NCBI GenBank assembly: GCA_964422585.1
Contig: CAYRBH010000001.1
Coordinates: 11,728 to 75,727, forward strand
Origin: an uncultured Gammaproteobacteria bacterium
GTDB lineage: Bacteria; Patescibacteriota; Patescibacteriia; UBA1558; 2-01-FULL-52-15
Direction of reading: 5' to 3'
DNA: 64,000 nt
Part shown: in pieces, positions 37,930 through 48,050 of the stretch
Position numbering within the stretch: the first letter of the stretch is position 1
Layout: each line of letters opens with the position of its first letter
The notes under the pieces: generated by a model
The model's database searches: none
Seen by the model: only the letters and a program-made list of their open reading frames with translations
What the model was told of the DNA's origin: nothing
Made by a program: the position numbers and the translations under genes

Positions 37930-38583
37930 CTAGGAGGCTATGTCAGTAACAGAGAGTAGTTTCGCTATGACTACATAGCGCTGTTTGGTCGAGAAAAGCG
38001 GATGGCACGTGAACAAGGTCAGCTTGTCTTCATTCTGGTCCAGAATGTGCACATCAGTCGGATCAACAACTTTCGTTTCCGTTACTTGGTAGGTATAGCG
38101 TTTTTTATCAAAGTTATAGTAGACAGGGTCCCCTATTTTGACTTCATCAATGCGATAGAAAGTGACAGGGTTTGGTGGCCTATAGAGCCAGCGGTGGCTC
38201 GAGACCACAATATTGCCATGCTGTCCGGGCACCGCAGAACCAGGTATATGCCAGAAACCTTTATTCAAGGCGGATTGAGTGTCACTGAGGATGACCGGGC
38301 CATTAACACCTATCGTAGGTATGATCAGATGGCCATCTGCATTCTCATTGGGCGGCATCAGGTCAAGTGTCGATGTCGGCGTATTAGTGCTGACATTGAA
38401 ATCTATTCCAGAGAGTATTTCTTGGGGAGTTTCTGTTTTTTGGACAATGGCAGGCACTCGGCGCGGAAGCATTTCAGTGAACTTGACATAGGAGTCAATA
38501 ACAAATCCTGGCCATATAAGCGTTGCCGCGAATATGGCCAGGGTAGTAAGCGTCAGGAATGTGTATCGTGTTCGCAACTGCAT
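37930..38583 (-). CDS. Sortase (class D/E-like)
   Basis: N-terminal TM; LIIPTIGV, PGQHGNIVVSSHR (His), LTLFTC (Cys), KQR (Arg). Confidence 0.92.
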   Translation of the reverse strand: MQLRTRYTFLTLTTLAIFAATLIWPGFVIDSYVKFTEMLPRRVPAIVQKTETPQEILSGIDFNVSTNTPTSTLDLMPPNENADGHLIIPTIGVNGPVILSDTQSALNKGFWHIPGSAVPGQHGNIVVSSHRWLYRPPNPVTFYRIDEVKIGDPVYYNFDKKRYTYQVTETKVVDPTDVHILDQNEDKLTLFTCHPLFSTKQRYVVIAKLLSVTDIAS

Positions 38584-38598
38584 TCCTCTGGTAGTTCT

Positions 38599-40944
38599 TT
38601 AGGAGTTAGCAGCTGAACGCTTCCGGTAGCTTACATAGAGTCCGCCCAAAATGAGTGCGAATAGTAAGCTGGTAGTTACATAGTAGTCGGTCAAGCTACC
38701 ACCGGTATTCGGAAGAAGCTCGAAACCAAGTACTGAGGGATTATCGGCTGGCGCAGAGGTACTGAAGCCTTTAACTTGTGGATTATCCTGTGGTCCAGTT
38801 GGTTGGTTCGGGAAATCCGGGATGCCGCCTCCGCCACCATGGCTGCCACCACCGCCACCACCTGAGGTCGTGATAGGTCCGCCACCACTGCCAGAGTCAA
38901 CACATTGGCCGTCATTGTTGAGGATCATGCCATCTGGGATCGAAGCCTGAATTCCATCGATGTTCGGACAGAGATCAGTTATCAGCACGCACTGTCCATC
39001 ATTATTGACGGTGTAGCCATCGGGAAGCGACGATTGAATCCCATCAAGATTTGGACAGACGTCAGGCACGCATTGGCCATCGCTATTGATGGCATAGCCC
39101 TGTGGTACCTCAGCCTGATCGCCTTCGATGTTCGGGCAGAGATCTGTCGGAGGTGTCACCTTCGGCGCATTGAACGCTACGCAGTAGTAGGTATTACCGG
39201 CAGTTGGATTATCAACGCTGTCATAGTTATCATAGTGATTGGTGTCAGTATGACAGTAGATTTCAGCAGTGACATTGTTCTCATTCGGACCCTGAGGTGG
39301 GTAGGTAAATGGGATATAACCATCCTGTAGTACTTCACGTACCCAGAGCTGGTTAGCGCCCTGCATATCGGTTATGTCTACTGAGGTCGTGCCATCAGAG
39401 CCAGTCGGCCCAAAGGTTTTCCAGTCACTGTAGCCAGTACCGGTATTGGTGTTCGGTCCGCACCATGGAGCAGAGCACATACCAGTGGTATCAGTACCAT
39501 CAGCTTCACCTACGAAGGCGCCAGGGAGCTTGTCGACTCCTTCTTGGCCATCCTTATCTCCGAAACCCCATTGGAATTTCCAATCAGACTGGAGGTGGCA
39601 GGTTGGGTGTGTTGCTAAGAAATCTGCTGACGTTGAGGCAGTAATGTCTGGCATACCAGTCTCTCCCCAGTTTGGAAGATCTGATTCATTCTGACAGACG
39701 ATCTTGGTAGCGACTACTTTGACTGCCTTCGGCGCATTGAACGCTACGCAGTAGTAGGTATTACCGGCAGTTGGATTATCAACGCTGTCATAGTTATCAT
39801 AGTGATTGGTGTCAGTATGACAGTAGATTTCAGCAGTGACATTGTTCTCATTCGGACCCTGAGGTGGGTAGGTAAATGGGATATAACCATCCTGTAGTAC
39901 TTCACGTACCCAGAGCTGGTTAGCGCCCTGCATATCGGTTATGTCTACTGAGGTCGTGCCATCAGAGCCAGTCGGCCCAAAGGTTTTCCAGTCACTGTAG
40001 CCAGTACCGGTATTGGTGTTCGGTCCGCACCATGGAGCAGAGCACATACCAGTGGTATCAGTACCATCAGCTTCACCTACGAAGGCGCCAGGGAGCTTGT
40101 CGACTCCTTCTTGGCCATCCTTATCTCCGAAACCCCATTGGAATTTCCAATCAGACTGGAGGTGGCAGGTTGGGTGTGTTGCTAAGAAATCTGCTGACGT
40201 TGAGGCAGTAATGTCTGGCATACCAGTCTCTCCCCAGTTTGGAAGATCTGATTCATTCTGACAGACGATCTTGGTAGCGACTACTTTGATCGATGAGGAA
40301 GGTGTTTCGATCTGGCATTGTGAGTTGCAGCCGTCACCATTCACGGTATTGCCATCGTCACAAGTTTCTCCAGATTCGATGACACCATTACCACATTGTG
40401 GTCCTTGCTGTGGGACTTCGATCTGACATTGTGAACTGCAACCATCGCCGCTTACAGTGTTACCGTCATCGCAGGTTTCGCCTGTTTCGATAATGCCATT
40501 GCCACACTGTGGTGCGGCTGGTTGACCATTCACCTGGTAATTATCATGCTTGTCGCCATAGGTCGCTTTATATTCACCTGAGTCGTCAGCCTGGATCGTA
40601 TATGCGTCGAAGCATACTGCGCCACTGTCATCGGTTAGCTGACTGCCGCTGGCAACAGCTGTATTTGGATCACCAGAACTTGGCTGGCCAGTGATGTCCC
40701 AGCTATAGGGTGTATCTGCATCAAAGCCACTTGCATTTATAAATACATGATCTCCAACGTTATAATGGTTGGAGTTCTGTGGGCTGCCACAGCTTCCAGT
40801 TGTCGTCCAGATTGAGCCGGACGCAGCTTGTGCTACCGGGATGCTTAAGTTTAGGCTACCGTAGTTGCCTAAGATTGTGCTGACCATTACGAATATGTAC
40901 AGGCCAGTACGCACCCCTCCTTTGGTATGTAACTGTTTAAACAT
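38599..40944 (-). CDS. Cys-rich repetitive surface protein with an LPNTG sorting signal
   Basis: Signal peptide; 2 Myxococcus-type Cys-rich repeats; 2 identical ~188-aa domains; 3 D(L/V)CPN repeats; Gly linker; LPNTG-TM-RKR tail. Confidence 0.9.
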   Translation of the reverse strand: MFKQLHTKGGVRTGLYIFVMVSTILGNYGSLNLSIPVAQAASGSIWTTTGSCGSPQNSNHYNVGDHVFINASGFDADTPYSWDITGQPSSGDPNTAVASGSQLTDDSGAVCFDAYTIQADDSGEYKATYGDKHDNYQVNGQPAAPQCGNGIIETGETCDDGNTVSGDGCSSQCQIEVPQQGPQCGNGVIESGETCDDGNTVNGDGCNSQCQIETPSSSIKVVATKIVCQNESDLPNWGETGMPDITASTSADFLATHPTCHLQSDWKFQWGFGDKDGQEGVDKLPGAFVGEADGTDTTGMCSAPWCGPNTNTGTGYSDWKTFGPTGSDGTTSVDITDMQGANQLWVREVLQDGYIPFTYPPQGPNENNVTAEIYCHTDTNHYDNYDSVDNPTAGNTYYCVAFNAPKAVKVVATKIVCQNESDLPNWGETGMPDITASTSADFLATHPTCHLQSDWKFQWGFGDKDGQEGVDKLPGAFVGEADGTDTTGMCSAPWCGPNTNTGTGYSDWKTFGPTGSDGTTSVDITDMQGANQLWVREVLQDGYIPFTYPPQGPNENNVTAEIYCHTDTNHYDNYDSVDNPTAGNTYYCVAFNAPKVTPPTDLCPNIEGDQAEVPQGYAINSDGQCVPDVCPNLDGIQSSLPDGYTVNNDGQCVLITDLCPNIDGIQASIPDGMILNNDGQCVDSGSGGGPITTSGGGGGGSHGGGGGIPDFPNQPTGPQDNPQVKGFSTSAPADNPSVLGFELLPNTGGSLTDYYVTTSLLFALILGGLYVSYRKRSAANS
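38900..39145 (-). repeat. Three ~28-30-aa repeats DxCPNxxGxQxxxPxGxxxNxDGQCV (approximate bounds)
   Basis: Visible in the translation; diverged at DNA level. Confidence 0.85.
39159..40289. repeat. Tandem direct duplication, 2 x 564 bp, period 567 bp, in frame
   Basis: 39159-39722 and 39726-40289 appear identical by eye; the ORF track gives identical 82-aa antisense ORFs 567 bp apart. Confidence 0.97.
40306..40512 (-). repeat. Two Myxococcus-type cysteine-rich repeats (approximate bounds)
   Basis: [30 protein letters not shown] and [30 protein letters not shown]. Confidence 0.9.
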
Positions 40945-41051
40945 ATGTTTCTAAGTTATATTATTAAGTTCAGTACTTAGGTGTTAAGCCCAAGTAAGGT
41001 CAAATTGTTAGTCTCGTTTTGCTCTCAGTATGCTCAGTTTTAATTAAGCAC

Positions 41052-41120
41052 ATTGTCCAGCTTATAGCGCCTTTTGTCAATAGAACAAATGAGCATAGTA
41101 TAAGGGTATTATTTTGTCAA
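41052..41120 (-). promoter_or_regulatory. Tandem sigma70 promoters of the LPNTG protein-sortase operon
   Basis: TTGACA-17-TATGCT (41120-41092) and TTGACA-17-GACAAT (41080-41052). Confidence 0.6.
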
Positions 41121-41150
41121 GGGGACTTTCGCATAGCCCATAGTTATGGT

Positions 41151-41188
41151 CTAAAAAATCTACAAGGGCCTTGAAACAGGCCCTTGTA
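41151..41188 (-). terminator. Terminator after htrA
   Basis: TACAAGGGCCT-6 nt-AGGCCCTTGTA 11-bp stem, then GATTTTTT on the minus strand. Confidence 0.75.
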
Positions 41189-41227
41189 TGCAAGGTGAAG
41201 ATGTTTTAATGCAGAAGGCAGATGCTG

Positions 41228-42475
41228 CTACTGTTGTGCCTCTTCCAGGGTGACCGTTATCGTTTTCTCCGCACCTCGGTGGATGATTTTGAGAGTTATA
41301 GTATCGCCTACAGCTTTATTTGCGACCAAAGTTGCTAATGAGTGTGTATCATCCAATTTGGTGCCATCTGCTTCGAGGATGATATCATTCTCTTGCAAAC
41401 CTGCTTTGTCAGCGGGGCTTCCCGGGATGACTGCGAGCTGATCTGGTGTTGATCCGCGCTGGATAAGGACACCATAGTTAACTGAAAGCTTATTAGCATC
41501 CTGTACTTCTTGAGTGATGGGCAAGTAGCGTACTCCGAGATATGGTCGAACTATCTTCCCTGTTTTCTCAACTGAGTCAACGACTTTTTTTGCGACATTA
41601 CTTGGGATGGCGAATCCAACGCTCTGTGATCCTTGGGCTATCGCCACATTCACTCCGACTACTTGGCCACTGGTGTCCAAGAGAGGGCCACCAGAGTTGC
41701 CCGGGTTGATAGCGGCATCAGTCTGTATGATACCTTCAAGTGATTCTGATTGCCCGCTAGTATCACCTGCAGTGATAGAGCGTGACAGCCCTGAGATGAC
41801 CCCTACTGATACGGTGTTTCTGTATTCCCCGAGAGCGTTACCGATGGCAATGGCAGTTTGTCCTACTTGTATGGAGTCAGAGTTACCGAACTGAAGGAAA
41901 GGGAAAGTAGCTCCTGTGACCTTGATGACAGCAAGGTCATTAATCGGATCGCGGGCTATGACATGGGCATCATACTTTTTCCCGTCATTTGTCAGTACCG
42001 TATACTGAGCGTCAGTTTGGTCAACGACATGCTTATTTGTTACTATGAGACCATCAGAGGACACGAAGAATCCTGAGCCGCCTCCAACCTCCTGCTTCTG
42101 AGTCCCGTTCTGCCGATACTGTGGTACCTGAAAGTTAAAGAAATCCCCGAACGGATCGTTCGGATTGGACGGTTGAGTATCATAGTACTGTTGCATGATT
42201 GGCACATCTTGGCTGATGATGATGGACACTACCGCAGGATTAGTTTTCTTAACGGCTGAGGTAACGGAATTTTCATCCCCTGGGTTTGCAGTTGCTACTG
42301 ATACAGCAGGCTGTTTCGAGCCTCCTACCATTTGTTTAAATGAATCCAGTGCCGGAAAAGCGAACAGGTGTTGGTTTTGAGCGACACTAAAGGTCAGTAC
42401 TAGGACAATGAGTGCTCCTGCACCTCCTGCTACGATGCTGACCAGGCTATTGGTCAATAAATCTGTTTTGCGCAT
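41228..42475 (-). CDS. htrA: HtrA/DegP-family serine protease with PDZ domain
   Basis: GSGF, TNKHVV, DLAV, IQTDAAINPGNSGGPL, SPADKAGL. Confidence 0.96.
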   Translation of the reverse strand: MRKTDLLTNSLVSIVAGGAGALIVLVLTFSVAQNQHLFAFPALDSFKQMVGGSKQPAVSVATANPGDENSVTSAVKKTNPAVVSIIISQDVPIMQQYYDTQPSNPNDPFGDFFNFQVPQYRQNGTQKQEVGGGSGFFVSSDGLIVTNKHVVDQTDAQYTVLTNDGKKYDAHVIARDPINDLAVIKVTGATFPFLQFGNSDSIQVGQTAIAIGNALGEYRNTVSVGVISGLSRSITAGDTSGQSESLEGIIQTDAAINPGNSGGPLLDTSGQVVGVNVAIAQGSQSVGFAIPSNVAKKVVDSVEKTGKIVRPYLGVRYLPITQEVQDANKLSVNYGVLIQRGSTPDQLAVIPGSPADKAGLQENDIILEADGTKLDDTHSLATLVANKAVGDTITLKIIHRGAEKTITVTLEEAQQ

Positions 42476-42628
42476 AGGTTTTTGATTAGTGTAAGAAATT
42501 GGGCTAACTATAAGTCACTATCATATACTACAAATGAGGCTGTACGACTATTTCAATGAGTTTTCTTGCAAGAAGAGGACGAATAAGGCGATCGGTTCTT
42601 TCAGGATGATCTGATGTAATTGAGTATC

Positions 42629-42649
42629 AAAAATGCCACATCGTGGCAT
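42629..42649 (-). terminator. Terminator after tRNA-Gln
   Basis: ATGCCAC-gat-GTGGCAT followed by TTTT on the minus strand. Confidence 0.7.
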
Positions 42650-42653
42650 GCTT

Positions 42654-42727
42654 TGGTTCGGGGACAGGGTTTCGAACCCCGATTCTCAGGTCCAGAACCT
42701 GATGTCCTACCGTTAGACGATCCCCGA
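42654..42727 (-). tRNA. tRNA-Gln (anticodon CTG) with encoded CCA
   Basis: TCGGGGA/TCCCCGA acceptor stem, D-arm GTCTAACGGTAGGAC, anticodon arm TCAGG-TTCTGGA-CCTGA, T-arm CGGGG-TTCGAAA-CCCTG, ACCA end; starts 6 nt after the dnaX stop. Confidence 0.97.
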
Positions 42728-42733
42728 ATGACA

Positions 42734-44239
42734 CTACACTAGCTCTCCTCCGATAATAGTCAGTACGTCAGCTACTTCCGGTTCAGCTCCGCCATTAAAA
42801 ATTTTATGGTTCTCAGTATACTGAGGATCGACAATACCGTCAATGCGTATGGCCCGTTTCAGGGTAGCGCTGAGAGCTTTTTCAGCAGCCTGTCTATTCT
42901 TGGAGTCACGCACTGTATTGGCATGAAAATCATATTTGAAGCCTAATACAACTCGCTGCGGTTCGATCAGTATCGGGTGGGCGCTTTTCAAGAATACTGA
43001 CAGCGAGTGGTTATACTCTTTTAAGCTTATCAGTATCGCAGGCCATTCTTTTTTAAGAAGTGCATAGTCAGCATGCGTGCTTAGTGATGTGCTCTTTTCA
43101 GGGGCAGAGTTGGATGGTGAAGTGGTTTCCAGAGGAGAGACAGCGAAAGTGTCTTGGCAAAAGGCAATACAGACTAGCTCAAGCGGTAACTGCTGTATGA
43201 TGGCAGAGCGCATACGCATAGTTTCACGCATGAAAAGCTCAAGCAGCTTTTGTATATCGGATGTGGGGATAGTTTCTGCGTGCCTGCGAAGAGACTTTTT
43301 GATATTTTCATCAGTGTCAGGCTCATAACCCGATCCTATGGCTCCTATGAGAAGTGCTTGTCTCAGGTATTCGATAGCGTCAACCATGAAGAGCTCGAGG
43401 TCAACTCCTTCGTTCACTAGAGCATGCACCAACTGTAATGATGCAGCTAGGTCATGAGCAGCAAGTGTATCAATGAGTGTCCCGACCTGCTGCCAGTTGC
43501 TGGGAGGCAGGATGAGCTCAGCAGTGGTCAGCGGAACTGATCCTTTTTCAGCAAGGCTGAGTACTTGCCCAAACAGCGACTCAGCATCGCGGAGGCATCC
43601 TTCCGATTTGCGGGCGATGGCAGCGATGATAACATCAGGGACTTTGATCTTTTCTTTCTTTGCTATATCGATTAAGCGGTCTATGATGAGTTTCTGGGGG
43701 ATTTTTTTGAAGTCAAAACGCTGACAGCGTGAAATGATGGTGACAGGCACCTTGTGCGCATCGGTAGTGGCTAAGATGAAAATAACGTTCGATGGCGGCT
43801 CCTCTATCGTTTTAAGTAGCGCGTTAAAGGCATGCTTCGAAAGCATATGTACTTCATCGATGATGAAAACCTTATAGCCATTTAGTTTCAAGGCAGGGAT
43901 TCGTGCGCTGGCGATGATATTGTCGCGTACATTGTCTACTTGTGTATGGGTTGCGGCATCGACCTCTATGATGTCTAAGCATTGATCTTTTAGGATCAGC
44001 GTGCAGGTTGGGCAGGTATTGCAGGGTTCTGCTGAACCTGGTTCCCGCTTTTCACAGTTGATGGCACGAGCCATAAGGCGCGCAAGGGTGGTTTTCCCGG
44101 TGCCACGAGGTCCGACGAATAGATAGGCGTGTGCTAAGCGATTCTCCGCAATTTCATGCGCAAGAGTAGTTTTGATATGCTGTTGTCCTACGACATCAGC
44201 GAAACGCTTGGGGCGATACTGTTGGTAGATGACGGACAT
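42734..44239 (-). CDS. dnaX: DNA polymerase III subunit gamma/tau
   Basis: YRPKRF, GPRGTGKTT, Zn motif, IIDEVHML, FNALLKTIEEPP, SRCQ. Confidence 0.97.
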   Translation of the reverse strand: MSVIYQQYRPKRFADVVGQQHIKTTLAHEIAENRLAHAYLFVGPRGTGKTTLARLMARAINCEKREPGSAEPCNTCPTCTLILKDQCLDIIEVDAATHTQVDNVRDNIIASARIPALKLNGYKVFIIDEVHMLSKHAFNALLKTIEEPPSNVIFILATTDAHKVPVTIISRCQRFDFKKIPQKLIIDRLIDIAKKEKIKVPDVIIAAIARKSEGCLRDAESLFGQVLSLAEKGSVPLTTAELILPPSNWQQVGTLIDTLAAHDLAASLQLVHALVNEGVDLELFMVDAIEYLRQALLIGAIGSGYEPDTDENIKKSLRRHAETIPTSDIQKLLELFMRETMRMRSAIIQQLPLELVCIAFCQDTFAVSPLETTSPSNSAPEKSTSLSTHADYALLKKEWPAILISLKEYNHSLSVFLKSAHPILIEPQRVVLGFKYDFHANTVRDSKNRQAAEKALSATLKRAIRIDGIVDPQYTENHKIFNGGAEPEVADVLTIIGGELV

Positions 44240-44293
44240 AGATAGTACAAAAAACGATTCTGATGCTAGACGCCTTCAGATCGCACAATAGTC

Positions 44294-44917
44294 TTACTCG
44301 ATTCCCAAAGGCTCGGCCTCCTCTGCATGGTCAACGCTTCGTGCTCGAACCCCTTGTTCATGGTTAGTAAAGATAGATTTTTTTATGATATTTTCTACTG
44401 CTCCCCAGGTGGAATCGGCATCTTTTGGTACTAGGATGACCACCTCATCGTTCTCAGAACCTTTGTAGTAGGTAATGCTAGCGAGCAGTACTTTGAACAT
44501 CTTATCTCCCGCGAGCACCACATATTCTCCGCGATCCCTATCCTTCACGAGGGTTCCTATCAAGCGTTTGCGTTCTATCGGGCCGATCTGTTTATAAATG
44601 AAATTTCCTTGACGGTCGATCGTAAGTTTCAAAATGTCACCTTCAACTAGTTTTGACTTCGAAGCGTAATTCGCAGGCACCGAATATTTCTTGCCATCCG
44701 GACCGATCATGCCTTGTCCGTCGAAGACACCTTCGATGATGAGGCCTTCATCAGATTCACGTTCGGTGCCTACCTCTGAAGCTTTAATAACATAATCAAC
44801 AGCTTGGCTCGAGCTTTTACCTTTGAGCTCCTCCAAGACTATTTTCATCTTTTTGAGCTCAAGTTCCTGCTTGACAATAAAATCCTCGAGCTCGCTTATT
44901 TTTTTTGTATTCGCCAT
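44294..44917 (-). CDS. Conserved CPR-type hypothetical protein
   Basis: IEGVFDGQGMIGPDGKKYSVPANYASKSKLVEGD motif; start at ATG 44917. Confidence 0.8.
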   Translation of the reverse strand: MANTKKISELEDFIVKQELELKKMKIVLEELKGKSSSQAVDYVIKASEVGTERESDEGLIIEGVFDGQGMIGPDGKKYSVPANYASKSKLVEGDILKLTIDRQGNFIYKQIGPIERKRLIGTLVKDRDRGEYVVLAGDKMFKVLLASITYYKGSENDEVVILVPKDADSTWGAVENIIKKSIFTNHEQGVRARSVDHAEEAEPLGIE

Positions 44918-44998
44918 TTTCTTTTTGTATTGAACCCTCTCGGAAGCCTTTATTTTTTGTTTTTTCGCACTAAAATGTATGCGCTTAGTATACAATAC

Positions 44999-47503
44999 TC
45001 AGGCTATGGGAGGCAAGGGGGCTACATTCGGATAGGCTATCTTGGTCCTCTGCAGTATCTCCTTTTCTATGATATCCCGTGGTCGCCCATAGGTCGTACG
45101 GGACATTTCCCGCAGCGCATGGGCCCGTCTTGGATCGCCATGCGCTAGGTTGATAGGCGCACAGCTGAACGGCGGCGGATTCTGATTGTCGATAAGCAGC
45201 CGGACATAGCAATTATATTTTTCAATATTGATGAGGTCATAGGCGTCGAACACGGGTGCGAATTGATGCTTGAGTACCTCCGCGTCATCTGCTCCTACGC
45301 GGAAAGCGATCATAGTACCGACATTCCCGAAGACCGCATCACGGACCGACGTGTTATTATTTTTTACCAGCTGATTGATATACTGATGTGCCATGACCAA
45401 ATTCAGCTTATACTTACGTGCCTCAGAGAGTATGATCGCGATGCTGTCGGTCACGAAATTCTGGAACTCATCGATATACAGATAGAAATCTTTCCGAGAA
45501 TCTTCATCGATATCTACTCTGCTCAAAGCCCCCATGAGTATCTTGCCGACTATGACCATGCCCAAGAGGGCGCTATTCGTCTCGCCGACGCGCCCTTTGG
45601 AAAGATTTATCAGAAGTATCTTTTGTGTGTCCATGACCTCGCGGAAATTGAAGGAGCTGGTTTGCTGGCTGATGATAGGACGCATGATATCATTTGTGAT
45701 GAATTGATTCAGTTTGCTGGTGATATAGGGGACCATATTCGCGAGGGCCGCGTCGCCGCCTGCTTTCTGAGCCTCTTTTTCCCAGAAATCTTTTACGACG
45801 GGATTCTGTGCTTTACTCAGTTTGAATTTACGGAACTTCTCATCAGTCAACACTTTCGGTATTTCGAGAAGCGTCGAGCCAGAGGCAGGATCCTCCATCA
45901 TCAGCAGCATAGTATTGCGCATATACTGCTCGAACATCGGACCTCCTGTCTGTTTCAGATCATAGAGCTTATCAAAAATATTTATCATTTCGTTTACGAC
46001 GAAAGTCTTCTGCTCCGGCGTGTGGAATTCGAGCATATTGAGCGCAAGGGGGCGGTCGGTATCCGATGGGTCAAAAACGATAACATCAGCGGCTCGTTCA
46101 TCAGGTATCGTGGCGAGAATAGCGTCGATAAGATCACCATGCGGGTCGATCACGCAGACGCCTTTCCCCCGCTGTATGTCTTGTATCGCCATACTTCGCA
46201 TCAGCACTGATTTACCGACACCTGTCTGACCAACAATATACATATGCCTACGTCGATCAGCATCTTTGATACGGACCTCAATGCTTTGTTCACGGTAGAC
46301 AGATGTACCTATCATGATGCCTTCATGTGGCATATCGACGGGCGGCGGAGCCTTCTTTGCTTTGAGCCAATTGATATGAGGTGTTTGCAGACCTTCAGGC
46401 AGATGGAAGATGCTGGTAAGCTCCTCAGCATTCAAGAGCATAGATGCCTTTGGCTCGAAATAGCGATAAATGAATTGCTGGATTATCTTTTCTTGTTTGC
46501 CGCTATAGAAAGGTTTGAAGGCATTGCCATACTCATAGATGCTGTATTGTCCGAAGGCATTCATGATATTCCGCAAATGACTCTCAGCATGTTGAGAGTT
46601 CTGAGCCGCGACGATAATGCGCACATTCACTTCGAAAGCGCCTTTTGCGTTTTTTTCTTCGATGCTCTTGATCCCGAGTTGATCTTTCGGGGCAGGACCT
46701 TGATGCGCCCGCGTTGCCGGCTCATCTTTTTTCTGACCCGCAACGAAACTTGCGCCAAATATACCAAAGACTCCCTTGAAGATAGTTGAGATCATCGAAA
46801 GGCTAGTCGAGGATGTTTGAGTATGTTTGAGCACTTGGTCGAGACTCGTTCCTCTATAGGCTTCATTTAAAACCTGACGACTGACAGCATGCCATGATCG
46901 TGGAGCCGATCTCAGCACTATCTGTACCGCCGCTCCATCATGAGGAGGAATCTTGCTGAGGGCTGAGGTGAGTGCCTCAAGTGGATCATGTTCAAAGGCG
47001 GCATAGGTTTTTATGGGAAATACGAAGCTGCGGCGCTGCACCAGATAGCCTCCCAGTACCGCGCCCTGGGGCTGGAATATATTATAGTCAACAACTGGTT
47101 CGAAGTAAGCGTGCGGGTAGACCGACTGTACTTGCTGTATAAAGAACTCAGACATGCCTTTCGGCAATGCGGCATAGAAACTTAAGGTTCCTCCTTGCGC
47201 TACGATTTCGAGGGAGAAAGCATCGCTGCGTCCATAGAAGTAGGCACGTAAGCCTCGTTCCGCTTTCAAGGAAGCTAGCGAAGCAAAGAGGTTCTCGATT
47301 TGTGCTAGGCGTTCTTTGCTGTGACCGCGTTCTCGGTCAGCAGGTTCTGAGCTGGTATATTGCGGGATGGATATAAAGAGTATGTCGTGATCATAGTCTT
47401 TATGTTGCTGGGCATGCAGGACGCCTCTGAGTATGGCAAGCGCTACCCCTCCTAAGGATAAAGTGACAAGTACTATGAGTATCGCGAGTGTGGCGTTGCT
47501 CAT
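44999..47503 (-). CDS. VirD4/TraD-like (HerA-FtsK superfamily) ATPase with N-terminal TM
   Basis: RRRHMYIVGQTGVGKS (Walker A), IDPHGDL, LYIDEFQNF (Walker B), SEARKY, AHQYINQL, VFGNVGT. Confidence 0.9.
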   Translation of the reverse strand: MSNATLAILIVLVTLSLGGVALAILRGVLHAQQHKDYDHDILFISIPQYTSSEPADRERGHSKERLAQIENLFASLASLKAERGLRAYFYGRSDAFSLEIVAQGGTLSFYAALPKGMSEFFIQQVQSVYPHAYFEPVVDYNIFQPQGAVLGGYLVQRRSFVFPIKTYAAFEHDPLEALTSALSKIPPHDGAAVQIVLRSAPRSWHAVSRQVLNEAYRGTSLDQVLKHTQTSSTSLSMISTIFKGVFGIFGASFVAGQKKDEPATRAHQGPAPKDQLGIKSIEEKNAKGAFEVNVRIIVAAQNSQHAESHLRNIMNAFGQYSIYEYGNAFKPFYSGKQEKIIQQFIYRYFEPKASMLLNAEELTSIFHLPEGLQTPHINWLKAKKAPPPVDMPHEGIMIGTSVYREQSIEVRIKDADRRRHMYIVGQTGVGKSVLMRSMAIQDIQRGKGVCVIDPHGDLIDAILATIPDERAADVIVFDPSDTDRPLALNMLEFHTPEQKTFVVNEMINIFDKLYDLKQTGGPMFEQYMRNTMLLMMEDPASGSTLLEIPKVLTDEKFRKFKLSKAQNPVVKDFWEKEAQKAGGDAALANMVPYITSKLNQFITNDIMRPIISQQTSSFNFREVMDTQKILLINLSKGRVGETNSALLGMVIVGKILMGALSRVDIDEDSRKDFYLYIDEFQNFVTDSIAIILSEARKYKLNLVMAHQYINQLVKNNNTSVRDAVFGNVGTMIAFRVGADDAEVLKHQFAPVFDAYDLINIEKYNCYVRLLIDNQNPPPFSCAPINLAHGDPRRAHALREMSRTTYGRPRDIIEKEILQRTKIAYPNVAPLPPIA

Positions 47504-47976
47504 GATCGATAGTGCCGCATGATGGTATCGGCTTTTATTTTTGCTTCCTGTTCGAGGAAGAATTTATTGATGCCTGGCAGACCTTTCAGCCAGTCTATGA
47601 TAAGGCGAACTATGTCCTTGATTCTCGTTGCTGGCTTATGTAATGCCTCTTGGATCTTCAGAGCGGCAGTCTCCCCTTCGGTTTTGAATGCTAGCTGATG
47701 CGGTGGGCTTAAATGCATGAAGAAATCATCGAGTCCTGATGCGAGTATGCTCTCAATGCCAAGCACCTCTGGGTCTATCGAGCGTTGTCTCGTAGCGGTA
47801 GCGGAAGAATGTGCTGCCACAGAAGTATTTTTATGTTTCTGCGGCTTGGTGAACTGAGGATTCTCGCTATGTTCTGTCGTTTCAACCTTCGTTTCAGCTC
47901 TCCGTTCAGGCGCATAGGAGGGTGTTTCGGTGCTCGTTTCTAGGTTAGGCCGATGATCTAGTATCTTTTCTGGCAT
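47500..47976 (-). CDS. Hypothetical protein translationally coupled to the VirD4-like gene
   Basis: Stop overlaps the downstream ATG; C-terminal WLKGLPGINKFFLEQEAKIKAD; second ATG chosen because TATACT abuts the first. Confidence 0.8.
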   Translation of the reverse strand: MPEKILDHRPNLETSTETPSYAPERRAETKVETTEHSENPQFTKPQKHKNTSVAAHSSATATRQRSIDPEVLGIESILASGLDDFFMHLSPPHQLAFKTEGETAALKIQEALHKPATRIKDIVRLIIDWLKGLPGINKFFLEQEAKIKADTIMRHYRS

Positions 47977-48050
47977 GCACATAGTATACCATGTTTACAT
48001 GGTCCGTGTCAGTTTTTTGTGCTATACTAGGCCAGTAGTATAGAGGAGGT

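Noticed and set aside
38599-40512. Repeats as a CRISPR array or DGR template/variable pair
   Set aside because: The repeats are in-frame protein domains without spacers; the two long copies show no adenine-specific differences and no reverse transcriptase is present.
42654-42727. tRNA-Gln as an island integration site
   Set aside because: No duplicated tRNA 3' end noticed in the window and no adjacent integrase; the flanks are htrA and dnaX.
43048-43054. AAAAAAG in dnaX as an E. coli-type -1 frameshift site
   Set aside because: Wrong phase (CTT AAA AAA GAA rather than A AAA AAG) and no obvious stimulatory hairpin.
44294-44917. Annotation as ribosomal protein L7/L12, a label I recall being attached to this family
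   Set aside because: No L7/L12 C-terminal motifs and not in an rplJ-rplL context.
45263-46210. 315-aa plus-strand ORF
   Set aside because: Antisense shadow of the VirD4-like gene with no motifs; the same applies to 14369-15007, 38002-38616, 46244-46789, 51300-51821 and 59722-60285.
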